Of a stretch of DNA of 64,000 nt, positions 20,617 to 31,078 are shown piece after piece. The notes below the pieces were generated by a model. The model did not search any database, was not told the origin of the DNA, and was given only the letters and a program-made list of their open reading frames with translations. The position numbers were made by a program, and so were the translations under genes. This DNA comes from an uncultured archaeon (lineage in GTDB: Archaea; Asgardarchaeota; Lokiarchaeia; Sigyniarchaeales; SOKP01): positions 22,000 to 85,999 of the forward strand of contig CAYLZE010000008.1 of the NCBI GenBank assembly GCA_964388035.1, read 5' to 3'. The stretch's first letter is position 1; each line of letters opens with the position of its first letter.

Positions 20617-23600
20617 TTATTCCTTATCAAGACCCTCTTTCTTTAATAAATCGTCTAACTTAACTTTAGCTTCTTTCTCTTCTTTTTTAGCTTCTTTCTC
20701 TACCGTTGGTTTTTCTTCAGAAGGTACTTTTTTTGTTTCATCAGTCTTTAATTCTGAAACCTTGACATATTTACCTTTTACTTTTTTCACTTTGGGTTTC
20801 GCTTTTTCCAGAGGGGTCTCAATCTTACGGATCAGTTTTCTTGCATACCAAATAGTAAAAAGCCAAATTCCTCCAATTCCTATTAAGATTGATACAGTCA
20901 TGACAACAGATGGGAAAGGAGGATCCAAGATATCTAAAGAAGTCTTACCTTCAGTTCTCACAATTTGTTTAGAAAGGACATTTTGTCCTTTAATAGTCAC
21001 CGTAATATTCAACAAGTCATAGGTTGTATCAGGTACAAAAAAGTCTATAGTAATTGATGTAGATTCACCTGGTTTCAATCGAGCTAATTCATAATTATTT
21101 ATGGCAACGATGGTAAAATTAATTCCCTTTTCCAATGCGATATTGGTCTCTAATATTGAAACTGTAGAATTCCCCGTATTTAATATAGCAAAAGTTAAAG
21201 TTCCATTTTCATTACGATACACGGCTTGATTCGGTAGAACATCAAAACCTAGAGAAAGTTCATTAAACTCGGAAGTAATATTGATAGGAATTTCATGACT
21301 TTTACTTAGAAAATTACTATCTCCTGGCCAATATAACCGAAATTTAAAATCTTCCATAATATATAGGGGCACAGTATCAATTTCAAATTCTAATATTCCC
21401 TCCGAATCAGATCTTACACCTGTAATGTTTATCCAAGACGTTCCATCAAAATACTCGCAGGAAACTATTTTACCCGCTAAGATTTCATTAAACTCTGTCT
21501 CCATGATGGAAGAAATAGTTACCGTATCTCCTTCAATGGGATTTTGGGGCGTATAAGTAATATTTACAAATTTGCTATTTATTTTAAAAATATTTGATAT
21601 ATTTGAACTTATTAAAATACTCATGTAATTTTCATCAAATAGGTTCACGATAAAATAGGTTTTCTTCGGAGAATACAGACATTCATCTCTTTCAAACACT
21701 TTTGTGATAGTATTACTTGAAGTATTGAATGAAGTCTTGGTTGAAATGATTTCTCCTTCGAAATCATGTTCATCTGCAAGCGTAATTAAAGAATATTGTG
21801 GACTATCAAAATAACCCACATTTTTTCCTTCAATATATATTAATACTCTTGTTTTTACTCCGCCTAACCTCATGGGACAATTAACACCTTTCCAGGATTT
21901 TGTTGCGGGATCATATTGAGGCATCATCATGCTTAAATTATACATGATGCTATCTTGATTGTTGCCAAAATATTTCAATAACACGGTATCGCTTGAATTT
22001 TCGGCGATAATCCATTGATCATTTGCCAAAGACAAGAGTTGTACTTTAATCCTGACATTGAGATCGGTTATGTCATCTCTGTTTTGAAGCAAAATTTTAA
22101 ATGTAATTTCCTCTCCTGGATTCAAAATGCTCTCGTTTTGTCTGAATGAATTTAAAGATACGTCAAAATCTAAACTTCCTAACTCGTAAGAAAATAATTG
22201 GTTGATAGAAAGATTACTAATGGTATAATAATCAGGTCTGTTTGTACCGGTTGTTTCATTAACAGTAGCCATTAGGATGGAATATTTATTAAGAATTCTC
22301 GTGATAAAATTTCCCTCAAGCACGTTACTTCCTACTTCGGGATAGAAAGTTGCTCCCGTTAAATCTACCTCATAATCATTTATTTGAATGAAAACCTTTT
22401 TACAGCCAATTGCAGTACCATTAGTCCAAAAAAAGCCAATTTGGTAGCGCCCCAAAATGGGGATGGAAGTAGTGATATTAATGATAGTATTGTTAGAAAA
22501 ATCATATTTCAAAAGGGAATCAATCAAAACACCATTATTAGAAAAGAGTTCTGCAGTGGGAACTCTCGTATTATTGGGATAAAAAAGAGTAGCATTCACA
22601 CTTCCTCCGTCTGGAGCAATCCCAAATTCATCTTGAATGTATACGCTCAAAGACACGTTATCTCCATACATGAATCCTTCTGTTTCCCATAAAATGCCTT
22701 CAAAATTAATGAAACTATGCATTTGATTAATGGAATTATAGCTTGTCAAATTTAGCACGTAAGAGCCGTTATATACGGGCATTGATACATTTATTAAGGC
22801 GGTGGTTAGAATTAATTTATTAAATAGAGGGTCGTCAGATAATTCTGAAGCACTCCCTATTTGATCGAGAACATCTCCATCAAGGGGGTTTGGTGTTGTT
22901 AGATTAAGGGGTGTCCAATAATTAGGAAATATAAACCAATATTCTGTAAAATTCCAGTTAGGATAATATTGATTTGGATCGAGCGTATCATTTAAAGTCC
23001 AGAGAGGAATATCGTTATAATATATCTTAAATAGGGCGGTGACATTTTCATATCTATAAATTTTAGCAAGGTAAGTCACGTTAAAAAGTAAACCTTTTGT
23101 AAGAGTGATATATCCTGTAAAATTAACAAAAAGTGTATTAAAGCGATCAGCTTCAATATAATCCGTAAGATCATGGAGCCATCGACCGCTTCCCCATTCC
23201 ATTATATTAACATTACTTTCATTATATGGATAAACATCAATTCTTTGGTCAACAAGTGTTAAATTCTGTATTCTTAACTCACCATTAAAATCGGAAGGCA
23301 TATATCCTCGTGTAACGTTTAATTCAAAAGAACTTGCGTCTAATTGTGTAGATGTATATGGAGTCGAAGTAGTTTCAATTAACTTTTTCGCATTAGTCCA
23401 CGTAACCCCATTATTGGTGGTTCTTTTTAATTGCTGTTCTAATTTTCCATCCCCAATTGATGCATCAGAAGGGATGGTAACTAAGCTATAGATTAAATCG
23501 CTCGAACTTGAGTTTATCACAATAAAATAATTTCCAATACCCAGGTTCACCGCATTAATTGAACTTAAATCAAAATAAGTAATTCCATCCCCTTTAAAAG

Positions 23601-24777
23601 AATCTATCAAAATCGAACCTAAATATTGAGAATAATCAGGAGATATCATAGTTTTTTGTAATCCATCGCTATCCCGCACGATAGAATTATTAGACCTGTA
23701 AAGACTAATATTTAATTTAACTCCAGAAGCCATCGTTCGATTTAACGTTCGTATCCAGGCATTAAATCCATTAATGGTCGTTCCTTCACCTCTCAAATCA
23801 AATTCTAATGCCACATAAGATTCACTAGTAATCGGAAGATCAAAAGCTAATGCTGCTTGCAAATCAAATTCGAATAATGAGACATTAAAAGTGGAAGAAT
23901 GATCCGTTCTGTTAAAATAGAACTGAATTAGAGAAATATCACTCGAATTAATGAAATCCAAATTGGTGTTTATGAATCTCTCATCTATTTGCTGGGTTAT
24001 GGGAAGACTACTATTTATTGGAATAATATCGGTTATATTAATCCATGCGCCTTGAGTGACGTTCCAAGCTTTAATGGTAAGATTTGCATCTAAAGTGATA
24101 TTGAATTTTATGGAGAGGAGAAATCCAAGAATTTCTGTACGATTAAACACGGTTTCCACGGTTCCACTTGGGGGGACATTATCAGTTGAGGTAGATTTGG
24201 AAAAATTCGCATTAATAGAAAAATTTAAAGCTCCATTTTGAGAAGTAAGGTTCCAATAAGTGATAAGATTAGAAATGGCTGTAAAATCTTCGTTTAATGG
24301 ATTTTGACCTTCAAGTAGATTCAGACCCGATGTTGGTTTATTATATGGATATAAAATCATCTTGCTAGGATCCAAACTGGTTAAAGCATTGTCATTTTCA
24401 ATGACATGTTCCGTGGTGTAATTATTATTGAACGTGAAATTAAAATCTCCATGACTGAGATTCATGTAATTATCGGGGACGGATATATTAAAAGATCCCA
24501 AATTATTATTGGAATAGGATTGATTTACAAAATAAGTCCTAATAGTTTGATTATCACCGTGTCCAGTAATACTTTCATTTGCTTTTAAATTAGAATTGGA
24601 ACTGGTAAGATCATTTTTATTATATTCTTTATCAGGAATAGAAGAATCATTATTAATCGATTCTTGATTTGGATTCAACATTCCAAAATTGTTAAATTGA
24701 CTAAGAGTTGTTAATAAGAAAATTGCTACGATAAAACTTACACTAAAGACCTTAAAAGCTTTTTTTTTCGATAGCAA
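20617..24777 (-). CDS. Large cell-surface glycoprotein (N-terminal signal/TM, beta-rich repeats, C-terminal TM, charged tail)
   Basis: Hydrophobic N-terminus, very many N-x-S/T sequons, CARDB/Ig-like segment (ILNTGNS...LKPGES), TM VVMTVSILIGIGGIWLFTIW and a K/E-rich tail. Confidence 0.8.
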   Translation of the reverse strand: MLSKKKAFKVFSVSFIVAIFLLTTLSQFNNFGMLNPNQESINNDSSIPDKEYNKNDLTSSNSNLKANESITGHGDNQTIRTYFVNQSYSNNNLGSFNISVPDNYMNLSHGDFNFTFNNNYTTEHVIENDNALTSLDPSKMILYPYNKPTSGLNLLEGQNPLNEDFTAISNLITYWNLTSQNGALNFSINANFSKSTSTDNVPPSGTVETVFNRTEILGFLLSIKFNITLDANLTIKAWNVTQGAWINITDIIPINSSLPITQQIDERFINTNLDFINSSDISLIQFYFNRTDHSSTFNVSLFEFDLQAALAFDLPITSESYVALEFDLRGEGTTINGFNAWIRTLNRTMASGVKLNISLYRSNNSIVRDSDGLQKTMISPDYSQYLGSILIDSFKGDGITYFDLSSINAVNLGIGNYFIVINSSSSDLIYSLVTIPSDASIGDGKLEQQLKRTTNNGVTWTNAKKLIETTSTPYTSTQLDASSFELNVTRGYMPSDFNGELRIQNLTLVDQRIDVYPYNESNVNIMEWGSGRWLHDLTDYIEADRFNTLFVNFTGYITLTKGLLFNVTYLAKIYRYENVTALFKIYYNDIPLWTLNDTLDPNQYYPNWNFTEYWFIFPNYWTPLNLTTPNPLDGDVLDQIGSASELSDDPLFNKLILTTALINVSMPVYNGSYVLNLTSYNSINQMHSFINFEGILWETEGFMYGDNVSLSVYIQDEFGIAPDGGSVNATLFYPNNTRVPTAELFSNNGVLIDSLLKYDFSNNTIINITTSIPILGRYQIGFFWTNGTAIGCKKVFIQINDYEVDLTGATFYPEVGSNVLEGNFITRILNKYSILMATVNETTGTNRPDYYTISNLSINQLFSYELGSLDFDVSLNSFRQNESILNPGEEITFKILLQNRDDITDLNVRIKVQLLSLANDQWIIAENSSDTVLLKYFGNNQDSIMYNLSMMMPQYDPATKSWKGVNCPMRLGGVKTRVLIYIEGKNVGYFDSPQYSLITLADEHDFEGEIISTKTSFNTSSNTITKVFERDECLYSPKKTYFIVNLFDENYMSILISSNISNIFKINSKFVNITYTPQNPIEGDTVTISSIMETEFNEILAGKIVSCEYFDGTSWINITGVRSDSEGILEFEIDTVPLYIMEDFKFRLYWPGDSNFLSKSHEIPINITSEFNELSLGFDVLPNQAVYRNENGTLTFAILNTGNSTVSILETNIALEKGINFTIVAINNYELARLKPGESTSITIDFFVPDTTYDLLNITVTIKGQNVLSKQIVRTEGKTSLDILDPPFPSVVMTVSILIGIGGIWLFTIWYARKLIRKIETPLEKAKPKVKKVKGKYVKVSELKTDETKKVPSEEKPTVEKEAKKEEKEAKVKLDDLLKKEGLDKE

Positions 24778-24945
24778 TCTTAAAATACCTAAAGTGTTTA
24801 GATTATTTTTTTATAAAATCCTTCATTTCATTAAAAATTTCCTAATACGAGTCTAAGCATGAGCGGGGAAATTTGTACAAAATTTTATTATCAATAATTT
24901 CATTTTTTAACCTAACTTAACTCTGTATGAAATATAGGATTTATA

Positions 24946-26298
24946 ATGAGCGAAGAAATTATAATTAAAGAAATTGAGGAAAATACGGAAGAGTATATTA
25001 CTTTTCTTCAAGAATTGATTCAAACTAATTCCTATAATCCACCCGGAAATGAAAATAGTGTTGCTGTAAAAATAAAGGAATATCTTGAAAAAGATGGAAT
25101 CAAATGCGATGTTTATCCTTTTGGAGATAATCGGGCTAACGCAATTGCTTATTTAAATGAAAATTTTGATTATAAAAATCTCTTATTCAATGCCCACATG
25201 GATGTCGTACCTCCCGGGGAAGAATCGGAATGGAAAAATCCCCCATTATCAGCTAATATTAAGCGAAAAAAGATGCTATTTGGTAGAGGCGCAACAGATA
25301 TGAAGGGCGGTCTTGCTGCAATGGTCATTGCCCTTAAAATCTTGAAGAAGTTAAACTTGTCTCTCAAGGGTAATTTAATACTTAATGCCGTGGCAGACGA
25401 AGAAATGGGGGGAATATTAGGTACAAAATGGTGCTTAGAGAATAAGCTAAATTCATTCAAGTTTGATTTTACTGTCGTGGGTGAGCCAACGGGAATTAAT
25501 CCTCTGCCTAAAGCTGTAGTCGTTGGAGAAAGGGGACACTTAATTCTAAAAGTAATCGCAAATGGGATTTCTGCCCATTCTTCCATGCCTTCTTTAGGAA
25601 AAAATGCGATATACATGATGAGTGAACTCATGCAAGCACTCGATAAAGTAAATAATTATATTCCTGATTTAAAGCCACCATTATCTCTAGAAAAATTAAA
25701 AAGTCTTATGAGTAAAGCCTTCCCGAGTAGAGAGATATTCGAAAATATTCTATCCGATCAAGAACTTTTACAAAATTTGCTCCAATCCTTAGTCACCTTC
25801 ACTAAGAGTGTCAATATGATTAAAGGGGGAATTAAAGAAAATGTAGTTCCCGATAAATGTGAAGTCCTGATTGATTTTCGGCTCTTACCGGGACAAAAAG
25901 TCGAAGATATTTTCCACGGAATGAGAACTCTAATCGAGAAAGATTTACACTATAAGGTAGTTGAACTTGAAGAAGTCAAGCCGAACGAGCCATCGTTTAC
26001 ATTAGAAAGCGCAGGTGAGTCGGAAGGTTCTTATTGGCGAGACTGGGAAAACTCTCCCATCTTAAAGGATTTCATGAAGATAACTGAAGAAATTTACATG
26101 AAAACCCCCTTCATCTTGCTGTATCCTGCCGCAGCGGACGCCCATTATCTTAGAAATGATGGATATTGCCCAAGCACGATCCTATTTGGTCCCGGAAGTG
26201 CGGGTACGGCTCATGCTATTGATGAATACATTGAAATAAAAGATTTTATTGATTCCATTAAGGTATATGCATTATTTGCATTTAAATTTCTTAAATAG
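24946..26298 (+). CDS. M20 metallopeptidase/deacylase (ArgE/DapE family)
   Basis: NAHMDVVP, GRGATDMKGG, ADEE, GEP, SAHSS, NVVPD and AHAIDE. Confidence 0.93.
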   Translation: MSEEIIIKEIEENTEEYITFLQELIQTNSYNPPGNENSVAVKIKEYLEKDGIKCDVYPFGDNRANAIAYLNENFDYKNLLFNAHMDVVPPGEESEWKNPPLSANIKRKKMLFGRGATDMKGGLAAMVIALKILKKLNLSLKGNLILNAVADEEMGGILGTKWCLENKLNSFKFDFTVVGEPTGINPLPKAVVVGERGHLILKVIANGISAHSSMPSLGKNAIYMMSELMQALDKVNNYIPDLKPPLSLEKLKSLMSKAFPSREIFENILSDQELLQNLLQSLVTFTKSVNMIKGGIKENVVPDKCEVLIDFRLLPGQKVEDIFHGMRTLIEKDLHYKVVELEEVKPNEPSFTLESAGESEGSYWRDWENSPILKDFMKITEEIYMKTPFILLYPAAADAHYLRNDGYCPSTILFGPGSAGTAHAIDEYIEIKDFIDSIKVYALFAFKFLK

Positions 26299-26383
26299 AA
26301 TTCATATTGAATTATTACATGTAAAAATTGATATACACGTAATTATATTTATTTTTTATATTAATTGTAAACTGAAGTAGAAT

Positions 26384-27562
26384 TTGCGAGACACTACCAA
26401 AGTAGAAGACTGTGTTGCCTTACTTGATGTTTCACGTTCAATGTTAAAAACAGACTTCAAACCGAATAGATTAAATAATGCAATTGAGACCTTAAAAAAT
26501 TTCATTCACTCCAAGTTATCCTTGGATCCAAGCGATAAAATTGCCCTTATCACGTTTGGTGGGAATGCGAAAAGATTAGTACCTTTTACAAATGAAGAAA
26601 CTATTTTGATAAATTCATTCCAAAAAATTCGCGTGAGTGGAAGGGGTAACATATCTCAAGGAATTTCTTTTTCTATCCAATTATTAATAAAGGAAATGCA
26701 AAAGCTAGGAGGAAAAATTTCAAGAATCTTCATTCTCACGGATAATAAAATAATTGAAGAAGATGGAAAATTAAACGAAATTGTTGAAGTAGCAAAGGGA
26801 TTGGGCGTTTATGTGGATGTGTGTCAAATAGGGAAAACAGAGGATTATCGTCAAAGCAAATTGAAACTCCTAACTCGGCAGACCGGAGGGGAATATGGAT
26901 ATTTCAATAATACTAAAGCGTTAGTCAATTCTGGAAAATCATTCGCTTCCAAAAAAGAATTAAAATTTTCACGCGATTATTTCGCTCGGGATAATAAAAG
27001 TGAAAACGCGCCCTTATTAAATGAGATCGCCCTACCATTAAAGCGACCCTCTGTTTTAGAATTAAAAGCCATGATAAATAGTCACGATACGGATTTAGAA
27101 AAATGTCAGATATGTCATTCCATGAAATCTCCGGTAACTAATGCCGATCTCTATTCCGAGGGGCGCATATGCCCTTCATGTGAGCATCCCATGCATTTAT
27201 CGTGTGCAGCCATGTGGGCAAAGGGGACAGAATATTCCGAAAGCGTGTTTCGATGCCCGTTCTGTTATTACCTATTAAAAATACCTACCTCCGCCCTCAA
27301 GATTGCTGAGATAAGGCAAGCCAATGCTCAAAACACTACTAAAGACACTTTGAAAGAACATAAACAAACAAGAATGAAATTAATCCCTAATGAAGAAGTT
27401 GAATCGATTTACGGTTCGTGTAGTTATTGTCGAAATATATTCATGGGAGAGCACGATGTATATCAATGCGAGCAGTGCGGGGCTTATTATCACGAACCTT
27501 GTCTCCAAAAAATGTTCAAAGAGCTAAAAAGTTGCCGTAATTGTGGTGCTCAAATAGTATAA
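26384..27562 (+). CDS. VWA-domain protein with two C4HC3 RING-variant fingers (Ssl1/p44-like architecture)
   Basis: MIDAS DVSRS with DFKPNRL; fingers CQIC..CPSC..H..C..W..CPFC and CSYC..CEQC..H..C..CRNC. Confidence 0.85.
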   Translation: MRDTTKVEDCVALLDVSRSMLKTDFKPNRLNNAIETLKNFIHSKLSLDPSDKIALITFGGNAKRLVPFTNEETILINSFQKIRVSGRGNISQGISFSIQLLIKEMQKLGGKISRIFILTDNKIIEEDGKLNEIVEVAKGLGVYVDVCQIGKTEDYRQSKLKLLTRQTGGEYGYFNNTKALVNSGKSFASKKELKFSRDYFARDNKSENAPLLNEIALPLKRPSVLELKAMINSHDTDLEKCQICHSMKSPVTNADLYSEGRICPSCEHPMHLSCAAMWAKGTEYSESVFRCPFCYYLLKIPTSALKIAEIRQANAQNTTKDTLKEHKQTRMKLIPNEEVESIYGSCSYCRNIFMGEHDVYQCEQCGAYYHEPCLQKMFKELKSCRNCGAQIV

Positions 27563-27695
27563 TGATTTTCGATATTTGACAATACTTGTTAAGATGCTTG
27601 AGAAAATATTAGATTGATAATTTTAATAGAAAAATCTTATTTTATTTAATTTATTACCTTTTTCATCTAAATCTAATTTTGTAGTTATTAAGAGG

Positions 27696-29759
27696 TTGAT
27701 TACGATGCCTAACGAGGATAAACGAAAATGGGTGGTGACTTCGGCTTGGCCTTATGTAAACGCTACACCGCATTTAGGCACGATGGTCGGAAGTGTCTTA
27801 TCTGCTGACGTTTTTGCCAGATTCCTACGATTATTGGGAGATGAAGTGGTGTTTGTTTCGGGATCCGATGTTCATGGAACTCCCGTGGCAGTAGAGGCAA
27901 AAAAGCAAGGGATTTCTGCTGAGGAATTAGCGGAAAGAAATCACGAAATAACCGCTTCATTATTCAAGCGTTGGAATATATCTTATGATAATTACACGCA
28001 AACCCATAATCCAACCCATATTGAATTTTGTCAAGATTTTTATCTTGAAGTGCAAAAAAATGGGTTCGTGGAAGAGAAGGAAATCGAATCGTTATATTGT
28101 GAAAAGGATGCCATGTATCTCCCAGATAGATTCGTAGAAGGGGAATGTCCTTATTGTGGAGCAGAAAATGCAAGAGGGGATCAATGTGATAAATGTCAAA
28201 AATTATTAACTCCTTTAGAATTAGTAAAACCTCGATGTGCGATTTGTGGTAATCCTCCTGTTATTCAGAAAACTAGACACTGGTATTTACTTTTTCCAAA
28301 ACTACAAGATCAATTGAAAGCGTTTATTGAACAAAATGAGATCATTCCACAAAATGCCAAGCAATTATGTCTCAATAGTATTGAAGAAGGATTGCCCGAA
28401 CGTGCTATCACCCGAGATCTGGAATGGGGCATTCCAGCAAAATTCAAGGGAGCTGAGGGTAAAACTATTTATGTTTGGTTTGAAGCAGTACTGGGATACA
28501 TTTCTGCAGTAAAGGAGTGGGCGGATAAGATACTTAAAGTGCCCGAAAAATTCGATTACTTCTGGAAGGATCCTAACACGAGAACGGTTTATTTTATTGG
28601 AAAGGATAATATCATTTTTCATTTGATTGTTTTTCCGGGACTTATAATGGCTTACAATAAAAATAAAAAGAAAGATGAAAGACTGGTGCTTCCCTATAAC
28701 GTTTCTTCAACGGAATTTCTCATGTATGAAAATGATAAGTTTTCTAAATCCAGAGGAGTAGGAATATGGATTGATGAAGCATTGGAATTAGCCCCTTTAG
28801 ACTATTGGCGGTTCAATTTGATTTATAACAGACCCGAAAAGAGCGATACGTCTTTTTTATGGTCTGAATTTGAAAATGATATTAAGATGCTAAATGATGT
28901 GATTGGAAACTTCATCCACCGCACGTTAACTTTTATCAATAAGCAATTCAAGAGCAAAATTCCCGAACAATTAAGCTTCGATGAAAAAGATAAGGCGTTC
29001 GCAGTAAAAATTAATTCTATCGCTAAAACTATTGGAAACTTGATGGAGCAATTTGAATTAAGAAATGCTCTCCGAGAGATCGTTAATTTTGCGCGAGACG
29101 GAAATGTCTATTTAAACGATAAAGCGCCATGGCATCTGATTAGCAAGGAGAAAACTTTAGCGGGACAAGTTTTTAACTTATGCGGACAGGCAGTTTATGC
29201 TCTTGCAGTTCTACTAGCACCATTTATACCGGATACATCGCAGAGGATCTTAGAATATTTGAATTATTCTAAGGGATTGGATCACATTGAGTGGAATAGC
29301 ATATCAGAAAAAGTATTGGAAAATGGGCATTCAATAAAGAAACCACAACCGTTATTTACAAAATTAGATATTGATGAATTGAAAGAAAAACTAAATGACA
29401 TTAGGAAGGATAAAAGTAAAATGGTAGAAAAACAGGAAGATATTTCATATAATGAATTTAAAAGATTGGATATCAGAATTGCTCAAATACTCGAAGTCGA
29501 ATCCGTTCCAAAAACAGAGCATTTATTAAAATTGACCATTGATATTGGTACAGAAAAAAGAACTCTAGTAGCAGGGTTGGCTCAACATTATAAACCAAAT
29601 GAATTAATTAACAAAAAAATTGTTGTTCTTACAAATTTAGAACCGAAAAAACTGAGAGGAATAACAAGTCAAGGGATGCTTTTAGCTGCAGTAGAAGGAG
29701 ATAAGGTAGCTATTTTAACACCTGATTCAGAAATTCCCCCGGGAGCCAAGATAGAATAG
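27696..29759 (+). CDS. metG: Methionine--tRNA ligase (probable start ATG 27705)
   Basis: TSAWPYVN..PHLG, GSDVHG, Zn knuckle, ITRDLEWG, YVWFEA, GKDNIIFH, KFSKS and a C-terminal tRNA-binding domain (SQGMLL). Confidence 0.98.
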   Translation: MITMPNEDKRKWVVTSAWPYVNATPHLGTMVGSVLSADVFARFLRLLGDEVVFVSGSDVHGTPVAVEAKKQGISAEELAERNHEITASLFKRWNISYDNYTQTHNPTHIEFCQDFYLEVQKNGFVEEKEIESLYCEKDAMYLPDRFVEGECPYCGAENARGDQCDKCQKLLTPLELVKPRCAICGNPPVIQKTRHWYLLFPKLQDQLKAFIEQNEIIPQNAKQLCLNSIEEGLPERAITRDLEWGIPAKFKGAEGKTIYVWFEAVLGYISAVKEWADKILKVPEKFDYFWKDPNTRTVYFIGKDNIIFHLIVFPGLIMAYNKNKKKDERLVLPYNVSSTEFLMYENDKFSKSRGVGIWIDEALELAPLDYWRFNLIYNRPEKSDTSFLWSEFENDIKMLNDVIGNFIHRTLTFINKQFKSKIPEQLSFDEKDKAFAVKINSIAKTIGNLMEQFELRNALREIVNFARDGNVYLNDKAPWHLISKEKTLAGQVFNLCGQAVYALAVLLAPFIPDTSQRILEYLNYSKGLDHIEWNSISEKVLENGHSIKKPQPLFTKLDIDELKEKLNDIRKDKSKMVEKQEDISYNEFKRLDIRIAQILEVESVPKTEHLLKLTIDIGTEKRTLVAGLAQHYKPNELINKKIVVLTNLEPKKLRGITSQGMLLAAVEGDKVAILTPDSEIPPGAKIE

Positions 29760-29760
29760 C

Positions 29761-30984
29761 TCATACTTTTAAAGAAAAAATCGGAGTTAATTTAGCTAGA
29801 ATTTCTCCTAATTCTAGATACATGGACTTTAAAACCACAGCTCTCCCACGATATTTGAACTCCAGGTCTGCAACATCGCGAATTATCTTTAACCTCTCTG
29901 CTTTTGATAAGGAACAGACAAAATATCTCTGATCTTTATATTCCATGACCTCAATTACATTTTTTATATCTGGTAATGCATATCCTCCTCCGTGTGGTAG
30001 GATATTGGCATTTACCAGTTGATCTGAAACTTCTAATTCTTTTGCTTGGAGATCAAAATTTAAACTTTTTATGATTGTTGACGAGAAATTCGGTTTACCT
30101 TTTAATAAATAACAGGAAATATTTGCCCTTAAAGCAACGGGGAAAATGCTCGATTGGACATAACCACTCATTAAATCCGTACAATTAGCTCCTAAATACA
30201 TATTATTAAAGTCATTTAAAAATTGATGGAATTGATTGCTGATTGCTTGATATTTACCAAAAATGTGTTCTGCTATTAATTCTCTTTTAACTTTTGAGAA
30301 TTTACTTACTTTTTGATTGAAGCGGTAATAGTCTTTTGCATTTGAATCTAAAAGCAGATGTTGGATTGTTCCAAATACCGTTGATTCTCTTATAGAAAGA
30401 TCCTTTAAAGTCTGTGATTTGTCCACGTAAAGGCCCATGCCATATGTATCATCCTTAAATTCGGGTACAGAACCGTGAATGAAGAATATATAGGGAGGTA
30501 ACTTAATATCAGAATAATTTTGTATTTTAAAGCAATTTATAAAGTGATTTGAAACATTAAAATCCCACGTGATTTTAATATCCCATCCATTTAATGAATA
30601 GTAAAGAGGGGAAGTTTTTATTTCGTCAATTTTTTTTATAATTTCTAACGCTTCTGGCTTTTCCTCCAAACCACCCACTAAAATTCCACAATAATTTGGT
30701 TTTGTATTAAGAAATATGGCATGTTCTTTTCCATTTCCCCAGTTCAGTTTTCCTCCATATCCAAATCCGGAATTCCAACGGAATGGATTCTTTGAGATGG
30801 TCTCATCGGGGGAGGAAATAAAGCAAGCTTTAGGGGTAAACCCGTATTTTTCTTGAATAAGGTGAATTTGAGCCAAGCCATAAGCCATGTTCTTTTTACA
30901 TAAAATAGAAGCACCATCATTAATTCCCGTAGAAAAAATGAATCTACTGGCTCTGTTCAATAATTCTGATTTAGATAATTTCAC
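29761..30984 (-). CDS. Divergent RtcB-fold protein (putative RNA 3'-phosphate/5'-OH ligase)
   Basis: Collinear RtcB-like motifs SPD..GFGYGG, NYCG, SNHF, IHGS, FHQ, YLLKG, PHGGG and AKLTPIFSLK. Confidence 0.75.
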   Translation of the reverse strand: MKLSKSELLNRASRFIFSTGINDGASILCKKNMAYGLAQIHLIQEKYGFTPKACFISSPDETISKNPFRWNSGFGYGGKLNWGNGKEHAIFLNTKPNYCGILVGGLEEKPEALEIIKKIDEIKTSPLYYSLNGWDIKITWDFNVSNHFINCFKIQNYSDIKLPPYIFFIHGSVPEFKDDTYGMGLYVDKSQTLKDLSIRESTVFGTIQHLLLDSNAKDYYRFNQKVSKFSKVKRELIAEHIFGKYQAISNQFHQFLNDFNNMYLGANCTDLMSGYVQSSIFPVALRANISCYLLKGKPNFSSTIIKSLNFDLQAKELEVSDQLVNANILPHGGGYALPDIKNVIEVMEYKDQRYFVCSLSKAERLKIIRDVADLEFKYRGRAVVLKSMYLELGEILAKLTPIFSLKV

Positions 30985-31078
30985 TAAGTTCTGTGTTGCG
31001 ATGGAAATGAAAGATCCACCTCCGTAGTTTTATTTATGTACAATTAAGTATTTATATATACGCATTATATATTTAAGA

